From Bacillota bacterium (GTDB taxonomy: Bacteria; Bacillota; Clostridia; Acetivibrionales; Acetivibrionaceae), in the NCBI GenBank assembly GCA_023421115.1, contig JAEZUI010000133.1, positions 16,315 through 80,314 on the forward strand: a DNA stretch of 64,000 bases, read 5' to 3'. The notes below the pieces were generated by a model, which was given only the letters and a program-made list of their open reading frames with translations, had not been told where the DNA came from and searched no databases. The position numbers and the translations under genes are program-made. Every line of letters begins with the position of its first letter. Position 1 is the first letter of the stretch. Of the stretch, positions 10,900 through 20,829 are shown piece after piece.

Positions 10900-13002
10900 A
10901 TGCTGGCAGTATTGATGTATGGCTTAGGATGGATTTTTTTACTATCAAGTATATTCGGATATGATGTTTCCTTTATAAATACTTTATGTATATCTTTTTT
11001 AGGTTTCTTAGTAACCATAACTATATTTGGTAATAAGAAAAGAGGTTTAATTTCATTATCAGCTTTAGCCTTTTTATCCGGTGGCGTATTCTTTATTATG
11101 TACCTGTTAGGAAATACGGATTTAATTGTTGATAATATAGGTACCTTTATACTGCCCTATTTTGAATCCATAACCGATGAAGTTTCTTCTATAGATATTC
11201 CAAGACAAATAGCCGTTATTTTTTTGTTTTCCCTCATAATATACATAGTTTTGTTAAAATATAAGACCGCAAAATTTAGTGGCTACGCTTATATAATCAT
11301 TTCCCTTATTACTTTGTCTTCTGGTTTTGTTGTAAACAGATTAAGTTCCATGCGTGACCGCTTTGCCTTTATATTTTTTGTATTTTGCAGCATAGTTTAT
11401 TATTTTTATATATATTACAGCAAGAATAAACAGGAAGAAAAAAGAGGCGCTTTGCCTTTTATTAATATAGCAATTATATATACCCTATTTATTATCGGCA
11501 TATCACAAATGCTTTTTCATTCGTTCCCATACCCCTTTGAAGCAAAAGTAAAAACGACTAATCCAAATAGCACCATAAAAAGTGCAGACCCCTATGAAAA
11601 ATTTGTCTATGAAGTTGCTAAAAGTGGAAATATTGAAGACAAATTTACCTTTGAAGGTATTGAGTTATTTAAGGTAAAAACAAAAGAAACAGAATATTTA
11701 AAATCAATAGTATATGATACATATACAAACAATAGATGGCTGCAGAGCGAAACCTTACAGAAAACTCAGAATAGAATCTTTAATACTCTTAAAGAACTCG
11801 GAGAAGTAGAAAACGTAGTTGTCAATTATACCGGCATTCAATCACCTGTTTTGTTCGCAGGTCCATATATAGATAATTTTAATGTACAGAATTCAGATAT
11901 AATTATTGCTCATGATGAAAATAGAGGGACTTATCGCATAGAAAATTATATATCAGATATTAATAAAAAAGATATTATTTTTTCCTTTGACTCCTTAAAT
12001 ATAAAGAATATGTCAAGCTTCAAAGAAATTTTAAGAAGAGTCAAACTACAAAACACCCTTCCTCAATACGAAGGCTACAATAATGAAAGGTTACAGCAAT
12101 TAGCATTAACCATTACGGAAGGATTAAATAATGATTACGACAAAATAGAAGCAATTATTAAATACTTAGAAGAAAATTATACTTATAATCCTATTCCTAA
12201 AGTGCCTAAAGACGACTCAGACAAAATCGAATACTTCTTATTTGAAAGCAAAGAGGGCTTTTGTCAGCATTATTCCTCCGCAGCGGTTTTACTCCTTAGA
12301 AGCATAAATATTCCGTCACGCTATGTGACTGGCTTTAAAGTAGATACGTCTATAAATTTTTCCTCAGGTCCTGCCTATTACAAATCGTTATCTTCAGGCT
12401 ACAAACCTGTATTTGACTCAGATGCCCATGCATGGATTGAAGTTTACTTTAAAGATTATGGATGGATTATGTTTGAAAGTACCGGCATTGATGTAATGAA
12501 CTCAAATGTGAATGAAAGCTTACAGGAAGATAAAAAAGAGCCTATTGAAGAACAAAACAAAATAAGTCAGGAAGCCATAGCTATAATAATTAAAATTGTC
12601 CTTTTCATTGGATTACCTATGGTTTTAACCCTTCTAATATATATGACTATCAGAATCAGGAAAAGTAAAAATGCTTTCCGAAAAGGAACCAGTGCCTATA
12701 AAGTAACAACAATACACAAAATCATTTTGGAATACCTAGATGCAAGGAAACTTCCGAAAAAACATTATGAAACACCTCAAGAATATGCTAAAAGAATTGA
12801 TGTTACAGGCATTGTCAGTGAGTTTGAATTTAGCGAATTAATCTTAACCTATAATAAAATTGTGTATGGTGAATACGAAGTAGATACTGATTTTACGGAT
12901 ACATATTTTGAATACTTGCGTCAAATTAAGAAAGAGGTTAAGAAAGATTGCAAACTCTATAAACGGGTCAAACTATTCTTTAGTGAATTTAACAATACTT
13001 AA
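10900..13002 (+). CDS. Multi-TM transglutaminase-like domain protein (TgpA-like)
   Basis: GFCQHYSS, IPSRYVTGF, HAWIEVYF; N-terminal TMs; C-terminal ETPQEY/YG motif of DUF4129 type. Confidence 0.88.
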   Translation: MLAVLMYGLGWIFLLSSIFGYDVSFINTLCISFLGFLVTITIFGNKKRGLISLSALAFLSGGVFFIMYLLGNTDLIVDNIGTFILPYFESITDEVSSIDIPRQIAVIFLFSLIIYIVLLKYKTAKFSGYAYIIISLITLSSGFVVNRLSSMRDRFAFIFFVFCSIVYYFYIYYSKNKQEEKRGALPFINIAIIYTLFIIGISQMLFHSFPYPFEAKVKTTNPNSTIKSADPYEKFVYEVAKSGNIEDKFTFEGIELFKVKTKETEYLKSIVYDTYTNNRWLQSETLQKTQNRIFNTLKELGEVENVVVNYTGIQSPVLFAGPYIDNFNVQNSDIIIAHDENRGTYRIENYISDINKKDIIFSFDSLNIKNMSSFKEILRRVKLQNTLPQYEGYNNERLQQLALTITEGLNNDYDKIEAIIKYLEENYTYNPIPKVPKDDSDKIEYFLFESKEGFCQHYSSAAVLLLRSINIPSRYVTGFKVDTSINFSSGPAYYKSLSSGYKPVFDSDAHAWIEVYFKDYGWIMFESTGIDVMNSNVNESLQEDKKEPIEEQNKISQEAIAIIIKIVLFIGLPMVLTLLIYMTIRIRKSKNAFRKGTSAYKVTTIHKIILEYLDARKLPKKHYETPQEYAKRIDVTGIVSEFEFSELILTYNKIVYGEYEVDTDFTDTYFEYLRQIKKEVKKDCKLYKRVKLFFSEFNNT

Positions 13003-13072
13003 ATTTAGGTTACTGAAAAATCTTTTTTATTCAGCCGTTTAAAAAAATATTGTAATAGGGGGCAATAACAAA

Positions 13073-14377
13073 ATGATGATTTATTTGGCATTAGGAGTAC
13101 TTATTATTTCATTGGGGGCTTTTTTTTATGTAACCTTAACGAATGTTAAGTTTAAGGGAGGTCCTTCCGGTGGATATGGTAATGTCCTTGACAAAGAAAC
13201 AAGAGACCGTTATGTAAAAAACATTACCGGTGTCATGAAAACATTCAACTTGAAAACAATAGCAGGTACGGTTACTGAATTTATGTATTACTATATTGAC
13301 CAGACGGTGGCAGTTTTAAAAAGGATAGGTATTCGTAAGGAAGTTGAAATTGTTGAAGCTAATACTCCACAAGCTAATAGTGCTTCAGCTAATATTGTTA
13401 TAAGCGACGGAAAAAATAATATGACTACAGCATTGGTAAGCGGTAGGTATATTGAAAAATACATAGACAACGTAACAGACAAAGTTTTATATGAAAAAGT
13501 AGTAGAAGATGGGTATTATGTTTTGGAGATGCTTCGCAGTGACCATGTTGAACGTCAAAATGCAAATTTCTGTTCTAACTGTGGTTCACCTATGAATATT
13601 GAAGGGGATTTCTATGTATGCCCGAACTGTGGCACGAAGTATACAACCGAATCCGCGAACTGGATTGTGGCAAATAGCTATTGTTATAACAATAAGACCG
13701 GAAGTATTCAGGGATTTATGGTTTTGCTGCCTATAATTGTTATGTTTGGCGTGGCGATTATTTCGAATTTTACTTCGTGGAAAATGAAGGCGTTATCTGT
13801 TTTTATTGACCTAGCAGTACTTGGAATTGTACTTTTCTATTGTGCATGGATTGCGAAGCTAATGGTTGGTATAAAAAAGATAGCTGAGTATGATAAAGAG
13901 TTTTCAAAAAAGAGTTTTGAGAAGAGAGTAGGTTATTTGGTTCGTGCATATGAAAGAGCAAGGGATTTGGATATTTCAAAGGTAAAGCCGTTTATGGAGC
14001 CGTCGCTTTATGCAAAACTGAAGGAGCAGAATAAGTATGACGAGTTTTATATGTTGGATTTTGAAATAAACAAATTGGTAGTTAATGAATTTGAAATTAA
14101 AGATGATAAGCAGCTTGCATATGTAAGCTTGGATGTAAATAAGATTACGATTAATGAAAAGAAGAAGATCAAGAAAAGAAAAGGCAAATATGATATTACG
14201 TTATATAGACATAAGGATACAATGACAGATGTTAAGTTAAGTCCTGAAGTGATTACTTGTGAAGCTTGTGGGCGAAATATTAACTTGACGGTTGATGGAA
14301 AATGTAAGTCCTGCGGAAATGCTTTTGACCTCGCTAAGTATGATTGGATTATTTACGATGTAAGCGATATTAAATAG
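13073..14377 (+). CDS. Membrane protein with two Zn-ribbon modules (possible Tim44-like repeats)
   Basis: CSNC...CPNC and CEAC...CKSC, each followed by an (N/D)WI motif; N-terminal and central TM segments. Confidence 0.65.
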   Translation: MMIYLALGVLIISLGAFFYVTLTNVKFKGGPSGGYGNVLDKETRDRYVKNITGVMKTFNLKTIAGTVTEFMYYYIDQTVAVLKRIGIRKEVEIVEANTPQANSASANIVISDGKNNMTTALVSGRYIEKYIDNVTDKVLYEKVVEDGYYVLEMLRSDHVERQNANFCSNCGSPMNIEGDFYVCPNCGTKYTTESANWIVANSYCYNNKTGSIQGFMVLLPIIVMFGVAIISNFTSWKMKALSVFIDLAVLGIVLFYCAWIAKLMVGIKKIAEYDKEFSKKSFEKRVGYLVRAYERARDLDISKVKPFMEPSLYAKLKEQNKYDEFYMLDFEINKLVVNEFEIKDDKQLAYVSLDVNKITINEKKKIKKRKGKYDITLYRHKDTMTDVKLSPEVITCEACGRNINLTVDGKCKSCGNAFDLAKYDWIIYDVSDIK

Positions 14378-14434
14378 CAGTACACAAGCGATGACAAATA
14401 AAAAATAATATTAATTTCCTAGGAGGTATATAAT

Positions 14435-15742
14435 ATGGGGTTATTAAAACAGGCAATTGCCGGAACAAAAGAACAATTTAATGAGCTATTAAAAGCAGGG
14501 ACAGGAAGTTTAGGAAGTATACTATCCGATAAGTTTAAGGTGGTTATTGAGTGTCAGGATATGGGAGATAATATTCTGATGATGAAGAAATCATCTCAAA
14601 CCGGTCGTATTCCAAGAGAAAGTGCAATTGTTGTGCAACCTTCTCAGATGGCAGTTATTGTAGATAGTGGGCGTGTTGTGGATGCTACTGCCGAGCAGGG
14701 GATATACATATTCGATCAATCTACTACTCCATGTTTTTTAGCCGGAGATTTTGGCGACGCCATAAAGACTTTGTGGGAACGTTTTACATTTGCTGGTGCA
14801 ACCCCGAATACCCAAGAAGTTTACTATTTTAATATAAAAGAAATTATGGACAATGGATTTGGGACAGCGACACCTATTCCTTACAGGGATTGGGAACACC
14901 CCCTTTCGAATCCGAGAATTCCCGGTGGGTTGATGCCGATGAATGTGAATATAAAATGTTACGGTAAATATACATTTAAGATTGTAGACCCGGCAGTATT
15001 TATGCAGGAAGTTTGCGGTACGGCAAAAATGTATGAGAAGGAAGATTTAGTTGATCAGATGAGAAGTGAAATAAATGCTGCATTTAAGTCGGTTGTAAAT
15101 CGCCTGGGTTCAGATGACTATAAAGTATATGCAACCCAGCTATCCTCGCAGGATCAGGTAATCCGCGGCATTATGGATGAGGAAGTTCTAGACGCACCAA
15201 TACGTAGACGTGGTATTCAAATTGTGTCCTTTGTTATTGAGAGTGCTCAGTTTGATGAAGCATCCAAAGCTAAGATCGATCAGTATGAAATCGGTTCTGA
15301 TTCACTTACACAGCAGGGTATAATGACTTCTTCCTATGCAAAAGCAATGGAGAATGCAGCTGGAAATGCTAATGGTGCAGCAAACGGGTTTATGGGCCTC
15401 GGAATGATGAATATGGCATCGGGAGGAGTTTTTGGGAATGTACCTCAGAATGTAGGCAAGCAGGCTGAGCAGCAAGCAACAGTTAATGAGAGTCCTTCGC
15501 CACAAGCACCTGGTGTAATGTGTGCTAATTGCGGCAAACCTGTTAACGGAAAGTTTTGTTCGAGTTGCGGAACACCGGTTCCCGAAAAGAAGCTTTGTCC
15601 AGTATGTAAAAAGGAAGCATCGGGGAAGTTTTGTTCTAGCTGTGGGGCAAACTTAGAAGCTCCTATGAAGAAGCATTGTTCGGATTGTGGTACGGAAGTG
15701 CCCCAAAAGTTTTGTCCGAACTGCGGGAAATCAGTTGATTAG
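14435..15742 (+). CDS. SPFH/band-7-like domain protein with C-terminal Zn ribbons (YdjI-like)
   Basis: ERFTFAG, EVYYFNIKEI, FGTATPIP, G/M/N-rich linker, six CxxC motifs at the C-terminus. Confidence 0.85.
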   Translation: MGLLKQAIAGTKEQFNELLKAGTGSLGSILSDKFKVVIECQDMGDNILMMKKSSQTGRIPRESAIVVQPSQMAVIVDSGRVVDATAEQGIYIFDQSTTPCFLAGDFGDAIKTLWERFTFAGATPNTQEVYYFNIKEIMDNGFGTATPIPYRDWEHPLSNPRIPGGLMPMNVNIKCYGKYTFKIVDPAVFMQEVCGTAKMYEKEDLVDQMRSEINAAFKSVVNRLGSDDYKVYATQLSSQDQVIRGIMDEEVLDAPIRRRGIQIVSFVIESAQFDEASKAKIDQYEIGSDSLTQQGIMTSSYAKAMENAAGNANGAANGFMGLGMMNMASGGVFGNVPQNVGKQAEQQATVNESPSPQAPGVMCANCGKPVNGKFCSSCGTPVPEKKLCPVCKKEASGKFCSSCGANLEAPMKKHCSDCGTEVPQKFCPNCGKSVD

Positions 15743-15759
15743 AAGATAAAGTGTTTTGT

Positions 15760-15791
15760 ATTGGTGGTTCCTGTGGGAATCACCAATTTTT
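15760..15791 (+). terminator. Rho-independent terminator
   Basis: attggtggttcc-tgtg-ggaatcaccaat + tttt. Confidence 0.8.
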
Positions 15792-15800
15792 ATTCCTCCT

Positions 15801-15870
15801 CTAAATAGGTTAATTGCTAATAAAATTCAATATATATATAATAGGATATAGTAAATTATTGAAGTTGATG
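15801..15870 (+). repeat. Duplicated sigmaA promoter cassette, copy 1
   Basis: 62/70 identical by hand alignment to 39400-39469; TTGCTA-17-TATAAT. Confidence 0.8.
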
Positions 15871-15926
15871 GGTTGATGGTAATATGGGTGTTTCGGGTCC
15901 CATTAAGAGGAGTTGGAGGTCCAATT

Positions 15927-16613
15927 ATGGAATTAAATGATTTTTTATCAATTGCTGGGGCAGAAGGAATTATATATTATGGAGGTAATCAAAGTTGGTT
16001 TGGCACAAATGTGGGTAGAGAGGGTGGATGCGGTACAGTTGCAGCTGCAAATACTTTAGCATATTTGGCAATAAAGAATCCTAGTTTGAGGGTATTATAT
16101 AGTGGGAACAGCATAAATAATATTACAAAAAACGATTATGTTAATCACATGAATCAAGTATATAAGTATGTGAAACCATTAAAATTTCCGATTTTTGATC
16201 AGCCGGCAGGGGGAATTCCTTTCTTATCATGGTACAGAGATGGTGTTATTAAGTATGCACAAAGCAAAGGAGTAATGTTGAGAGCACATTCGGCTAAGAG
16301 AACGCTAGATTTAGATAGTGCTATTCAATATATAAAAGATGGATTAAATAAAGGTTGTCCTGTTGCACTAGTGAATTGGTGGAATCCAAAACTAAAGAGT
16401 ATACCATGGGCAAGTCCGGATAATGGTGTTATATCAAATCAGGATTTTCAAATACATTGGGTTACAATCACTGCTTTGTATGATTATAGACCAACAGGTC
16501 AGGTTTTTATCGATGTATCTTCTTGGGGAAGTAAAGTTAATTTAAATTTTAGTGATATATGGAATAATACCAGTATTCTAGGATATGTGGGATTAATGTA
16601 TTTTGTCTGGTGA
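15927..16613 (+). CDS. Papain-fold (C39-like) cysteine peptidase-like protein
   Basis: Q...GGCGTVAAAN, PVAL, HWVTI, SSWG; RBS GGAGGT before ATG 15927 (ORF track starts at 15873). Confidence 0.7.
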   Translation: MELNDFLSIAGAEGIIYYGGNQSWFGTNVGREGGCGTVAAANTLAYLAIKNPSLRVLYSGNSINNITKNDYVNHMNQVYKYVKPLKFPIFDQPAGGIPFLSWYRDGVIKYAQSKGVMLRAHSAKRTLDLDSAIQYIKDGLNKGCPVALVNWWNPKLKSIPWASPDNGVISNQDFQIHWVTITALYDYRPTGQVFIDVSSWGSKVNLNFSDIWNNTSILGYVGLMYFVW

Positions 16614-16665
16614 TTTGAAATTTGTTTTGCTGTTTGATCAGAAACGTCAAGTCTGCCTTCATTAA

Positions 16666-17490
16666 TTATCGGATAATTGCGTTTTGGTCATCATAGAGAG
16701 TACCTTCTACATTGACAGTGATATTGTCGATTGAAGGTAAACCGTTTATGGTTAGGCCCTTATAGGCATAATTGTTTAGGATAAAATTATCGATTCTTGC
16801 ATTGATAAGGTATTCGCCATCTTTCATATTTATGTAAGTGTAAAGTTTTTGAGTTTTCGGTGAAACTCTAAAGGTAATAACTGTGATTTCTTCAACTTTG
16901 TAAATATCGCCTTGCTTTATGTATTCACGGTATTTGAAGTTTGATTTGCTGTTTTCGGTGTTTGATTCACTATAGCCTTCTAGGATTTCTTTGAAAAATT
17001 GATGAGTTTTATCGGCATATGCACTGTCATCGAGGTGTACGAGCTTTGTATCAGCAATATCGTAGGTGGTTGTAATGTTGAGCATGTCCATACCGAATAT
17101 TTTGTCATTGCCGTTGTGTAGGTCAAGGGGTTGATAATTTTTTCCGTCACTTGTGAATAGCATATTTGATGTGTAGTGGAAGGAGTTTTTTAGTTTTTCT
17201 ACCAGTTCGGTATGCTCATTAGTGGAAGCAGGACTATCTTTGTATTGAACAGTTTTGACTGTGCAGGTGTATTCCCCTAGATGGTTAAAGTAATAACCGG
17301 ATTTTATCGGCCAATCAAATTTCTGTAAGCTTCTGTCGGATGCAAATACGGCATTGGGGTAATATTCCTTACCGTAATTCATTTCTCGAGCGTTTTTTCT
17401 GTCATAATTATATAGGCTTGTCATGGAATTTTTGACAGACCAACTTATATTGGCGGTGTTTTGCTGTGTGATAAGAACCTGTAATGCATA
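16666..17490 (-). pseudogene. 5'-truncated C-terminal remnant of a large secreted clostridial protein (resembles Athe_2463-like proteins)
   Basis: Frame stays open upstream of ATG 17424 (QVLITQQNTANISWSVKNS) with no RBS or signal peptide; PIKSGYYFN and ILEGYSES motifs; family call is from memory. Confidence 0.5.
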
Positions 17491-17589
17491 CGATAAAATA
17501 ATTTAGTTTGTTAGACTTCATGGCATGGTATACATAGTGTGGAGCTGATAGGAAATTATGTAAATCGATATAAACGGAATAATTAAAAA

Positions 17590-17673
17590 TTACGGTGGTA
17601 TTTCGGTAATTAGCAGTAAATTATTTCGGTATCACTGGTAAATCTTTTCGGTGTTTTGTTGATATTTTTCGGT
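17590..17673 (+). promoter_or_regulatory. Phased direct-repeat array (TTTCGGT x4)
   Basis: TTTCGGT at 17601, 17624, 17646, 17667 (spacing 23/22/21 bp); TTACGGT at 17590. Confidence 0.6.
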
Positions 17674-17782
17674 GCGATATTTCAATATATATGTTAATAT
17701 GACAAAGTAGGTGATAGATACCATGTTTAAACTGGATGCAAGTAACAAGACTGTATTTTATTTAAGTGTTTAAGTATATTTG

Positions 17783-17811
17783 TTGACAGAATAACCTTGT
17801 TATGGTAAATT
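17783..17811 (+). promoter_or_regulatory. sigmaA promoter upstream of PCAT gene
   Basis: TTGACA-17 bp-TAAATT with extended TG. Confidence 0.6.
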
Positions 17812-17868
17812 ATCACTTACATAAAAATAAAGGTAACATATTTAATTCGACATAGGGGACAGAATGAA

Positions 17869-20091
17869 GTGAAATACATATTTGTAAAACAACATGATGC
17901 GACGGATTGTGCAGCTGCATGTCTTGCAATGGTTTGTCTGCATTACAAAAAAGAAACTACAATAACAAAACTTAGAGATATAATGGGTACTGATTTAAAG
18001 GGAACAAATCTAATTGGTTTAAAAAAGTGTTCTGATGAATTAGGTTTTACTTCTCAAGCAGTTAGAGTTGATAAGGAAGGGTTTTTAAGTAAGTATACCT
18101 TGCCATGTATTGCTAATATTATAACAAAAGAGGGACTTAGCCATTTTGTTGTTATATTTAAGATTACAAAAACGCATGTTATAGTTGGTGATCCTGCAAA
18201 AGATTTGTTGAGACTTGAGATAGATGAGTTTTACAAAAATTTTACTGGTGCACTGCTTATATTGAAGCCAAATCAGGATTTTGCAAGTGGTAAAATAAAG
18301 GGTGAGAAAGTATTTAATAGGTTTCTTAAACTTTTATTACCTCAGAAGAAACTCTTTATCTATTCAATATTTGCGTCAATAATATTGACGGTATTAGGAA
18401 TAGTGTCTTCATTATTCAATAAAATTATCATGGATGAGATATTGCCATACCAACTAAAAGGTATGTTGGTTTCTGTTTTAATAATATTCGCAGTTATAGC
18501 AGTTACGCAGGTTGTAATTGGTTTTGTAAGGCAGTGGATGATGATATACCTTTCGCAAAAGATAGATATACCTCTACTGTTAGGTTATTTTGAGCACGTC
18601 TATAAACTTCCTATGAAGTTTTTTGCATCAAGGAAAACAGGGGATATTATTACAAGATTTTCTGACGCATTTACCATTAAGGATATATTTACAAATATAG
18701 CTTTAACATTGATTATGGATATTTCCATGGCATTGATAACTGGTGTCATTCTATTTAAAATGAATGTAACTCTCTTTGTGGTTATTCTTTTTCTTACAGT
18801 TATTAGTATAGGCTTGGTGTTTGTATTTAAACAGCCTTATAAAAAACTTAATGAAGAACAGATGCAGCAATCTTCTATATTGAATTCACAGATAATTGAG
18901 GGGTTGAGAGCTGTTGAGACTATTAAGGGTAACGCAAATGAGGAAACTGAATTGGAAAACATTGAGAGGGAATATATAAAATCTCTTAGAATAGGTCTTA
19001 GAGGTGGAATGTTGTCTAATGTTCAGGGTTCAATATCGAGCCTTGTACAGACTGTTGGAAATTTGGCATTGATGTATTTTGGTGTAATGCAGGTTATAAA
19101 TAATGATATAACTCTAGGAAGCATGATGGCATTTATGACATTATCAGGATACTTTATGGATCCTGTAGGAAGACTGGTGCAATTGCAATTACAGATACAG
19201 GAAGCAAATATATCAATGAAGAGAATTACAGAGATATTAGATAGCGAACGAGAACAGGAAAATGGTAATTATCAGGATATAGATAATTTAGAAGGAGATG
19301 TTGAGGTCAAGAATATCACTTTTAGATATGGAAACAGAAAGCCAGTATTAAAAGACCTATCGTTCAAAATACCTAAAGGTAAAAAAGTAGCTTTAGTTGG
19401 AAGTAGCGGAAGTGGTAAATCAACTATTGCAAAATTATTGCTTAAATATTATGAACCTGAAAAGGGAGAAATACTCATAGATGGTGTAGATATAAATGAA
19501 TTCAGCAATAATTCTCTAAGAAAGGCAATTTCATATGTACCACAGAGTATTGAACTTTTTTCAAAAAGTATCTATGACAATATAAGGGTGACAAAGATGA
19601 ATGCCTCTTTAGATGAAGTAAAGGCTGCGGCTAAAGAAGCTGATGCTCATGAGTTTATAAAGAAGCTTCCTATGCAGTATTATACTTATCTTGAGGAATC
19701 GGGTAATGGACTTAGTGGTGGAGAAAAACAAAGAATTGCACTGGCGAGGGCTTTTTTGAAAAAGAGTGAATTTTACATATTAGATGAATCTACAAGTAAC
19801 CTTGATTTTGCGACTGAGGGCATAATTTTTGATATGATTTACAATAAATTTAGGAATAAATCTATGCTGATTATTGCTCATAGATTAGCAACTATTAAGA
19901 ATTGTGATGAGATTATTGTTATCGATAAGGGTGAAATAATTGAAAGAGGAACTCATGAGGAGTTGTTGGAAATACAGGGCAAGTATTATCAGCTTTGGGA
20001 AATGCAGCAGGGGAATATAGTTACTAGAGATACAAAAGAAGAGGAAAATATGGAAGTACCAGATTTGGATGAGAATGAGATGTGCTATTAG
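17869..20091 (+). CDS. Peptidase (C39)-containing ABC transporter (PCAT, bacteriocin exporter)
   Basis: QHDATDCAAACL, HFVV, GDPA; ABC membrane domain; GSSGSGKS, LSGGEKQR, ILDES. Confidence 0.95.
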   Translation: MKYIFVKQHDATDCAAACLAMVCLHYKKETTITKLRDIMGTDLKGTNLIGLKKCSDELGFTSQAVRVDKEGFLSKYTLPCIANIITKEGLSHFVVIFKITKTHVIVGDPAKDLLRLEIDEFYKNFTGALLILKPNQDFASGKIKGEKVFNRFLKLLLPQKKLFIYSIFASIILTVLGIVSSLFNKIIMDEILPYQLKGMLVSVLIIFAVIAVTQVVIGFVRQWMMIYLSQKIDIPLLLGYFEHVYKLPMKFFASRKTGDIITRFSDAFTIKDIFTNIALTLIMDISMALITGVILFKMNVTLFVVILFLTVISIGLVFVFKQPYKKLNEEQMQQSSILNSQIIEGLRAVETIKGNANEETELENIEREYIKSLRIGLRGGMLSNVQGSISSLVQTVGNLALMYFGVMQVINNDITLGSMMAFMTLSGYFMDPVGRLVQLQLQIQEANISMKRITEILDSEREQENGNYQDIDNLEGDVEVKNITFRYGNRKPVLKDLSFKIPKGKKVALVGSSGSGKSTIAKLLLKYYEPEKGEILIDGVDINEFSNNSLRKAISYVPQSIELFSKSIYDNIRVTKMNASLDEVKAAAKEADAHEFIKKLPMQYYTYLEESGNGLSGGEKQRIALARAFLKKSEFYILDESTSNLDFATEGIIFDMIYNKFRNKSMLIIAHRLATIKNCDEIIVIDKGEIIERGTHEELLEIQGKYYQLWEMQQGNIVTRDTKEEENMEVPDLDENEMCY

Positions 20092-20160
20092 GATGTTAAC
20101 ATAGACTTAAGTAAAGATTTTATGTATAAGCAAAGCAAATTTAATATTTAATTTTGGTGA

Positions 20161-20189
20161 TTGTGCGTACGCAATTTATATTATATAAT
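20161..20189 (+). promoter_or_regulatory. Putative internal promoter for precursor peptide gene
   Basis: TTGTGC-17 bp-TATAAT; palindrome tgcgtacgca overlaps the -35. Confidence 0.45.
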
Positions 20190-20264
20190 CACACCGCAAA
20201 TAAGGATTAGCTATCTGAAATTTGCATAAATAAGTAGCAAAAAACATGAAAAGGAGAGATAAAA

Positions 20265-20642
20265 ATGGAAATTTGTTATGATGGTACATTAATGATGCCT
20301 AAAAATTATGTAGCAGTTGATAATGATGAGATGGAGTACTTAGTGGGTGGCGAAGTGTATACTGCTAGTCAGTGTAGAACCTTTGCTGCACAAATGTGTA
20401 TGACAGGCCAAGGTTTAATAGCGGCTGCTGCTGGAGCTGCAATAGTTTCTACCATTGTAAAGTGGTCTAAGGTTGTAGGTGGTTTTTGGGGATGGGCTAT
20501 TGGTGCAGTAGTAGGAGTGGCAGTTGCTGCAATTGGGAAAATAGCCTATGGTATTGGATATAGTTGCGTTTCTGGAAAATCTCTTTCTATAGAGGTTACA
20601 CCTTCTCCATGGGATGCATTTGTCGATATAAGTTGGATTTAG
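20265..20642 (+). CDS. Double-glycine leader peptide precursor (class II bacteriocin-like)
   Basis: Leader ...VDNDEMEYLVGG (29 aa) then a 96-aa Gly/Ala/Val-rich hydrophobic core; RBS AAGGAG; directly after PCAT. Confidence 0.82.
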   Translation: MEICYDGTLMMPKNYVAVDNDEMEYLVGGEVYTASQCRTFAAQMCMTGQGLIAAAAGAAIVSTIVKWSKVVGGFWGWAIGAVVGVAVAAIGKIAYGIGYSCVSGKSLSIEVTPSPWDAFVDISWI

Positions 20643-20829
20643 CCTGATAATTGTTTTAAGTTTTATAGGCATTACGAGAACCAAAAGTTAGTTTGTTATT
20701 ACTTGAGGGGTTTGCTTAGCGATAATAAAGTTTATATAATAATACATTTTCTTATTATGAAAATATCGTTATATGAATAAAATAGCTTTCCGCTAAGCAA
20801 ACTCAAAAAGAAAAATTAAGGAGAATATT

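Noticed and set aside
17590..17673. TTTCGGT array as CRISPR or replication iterons
   Set aside because: Repeats are only 7 bp with ~15-bp gaps; no cas or rep gene
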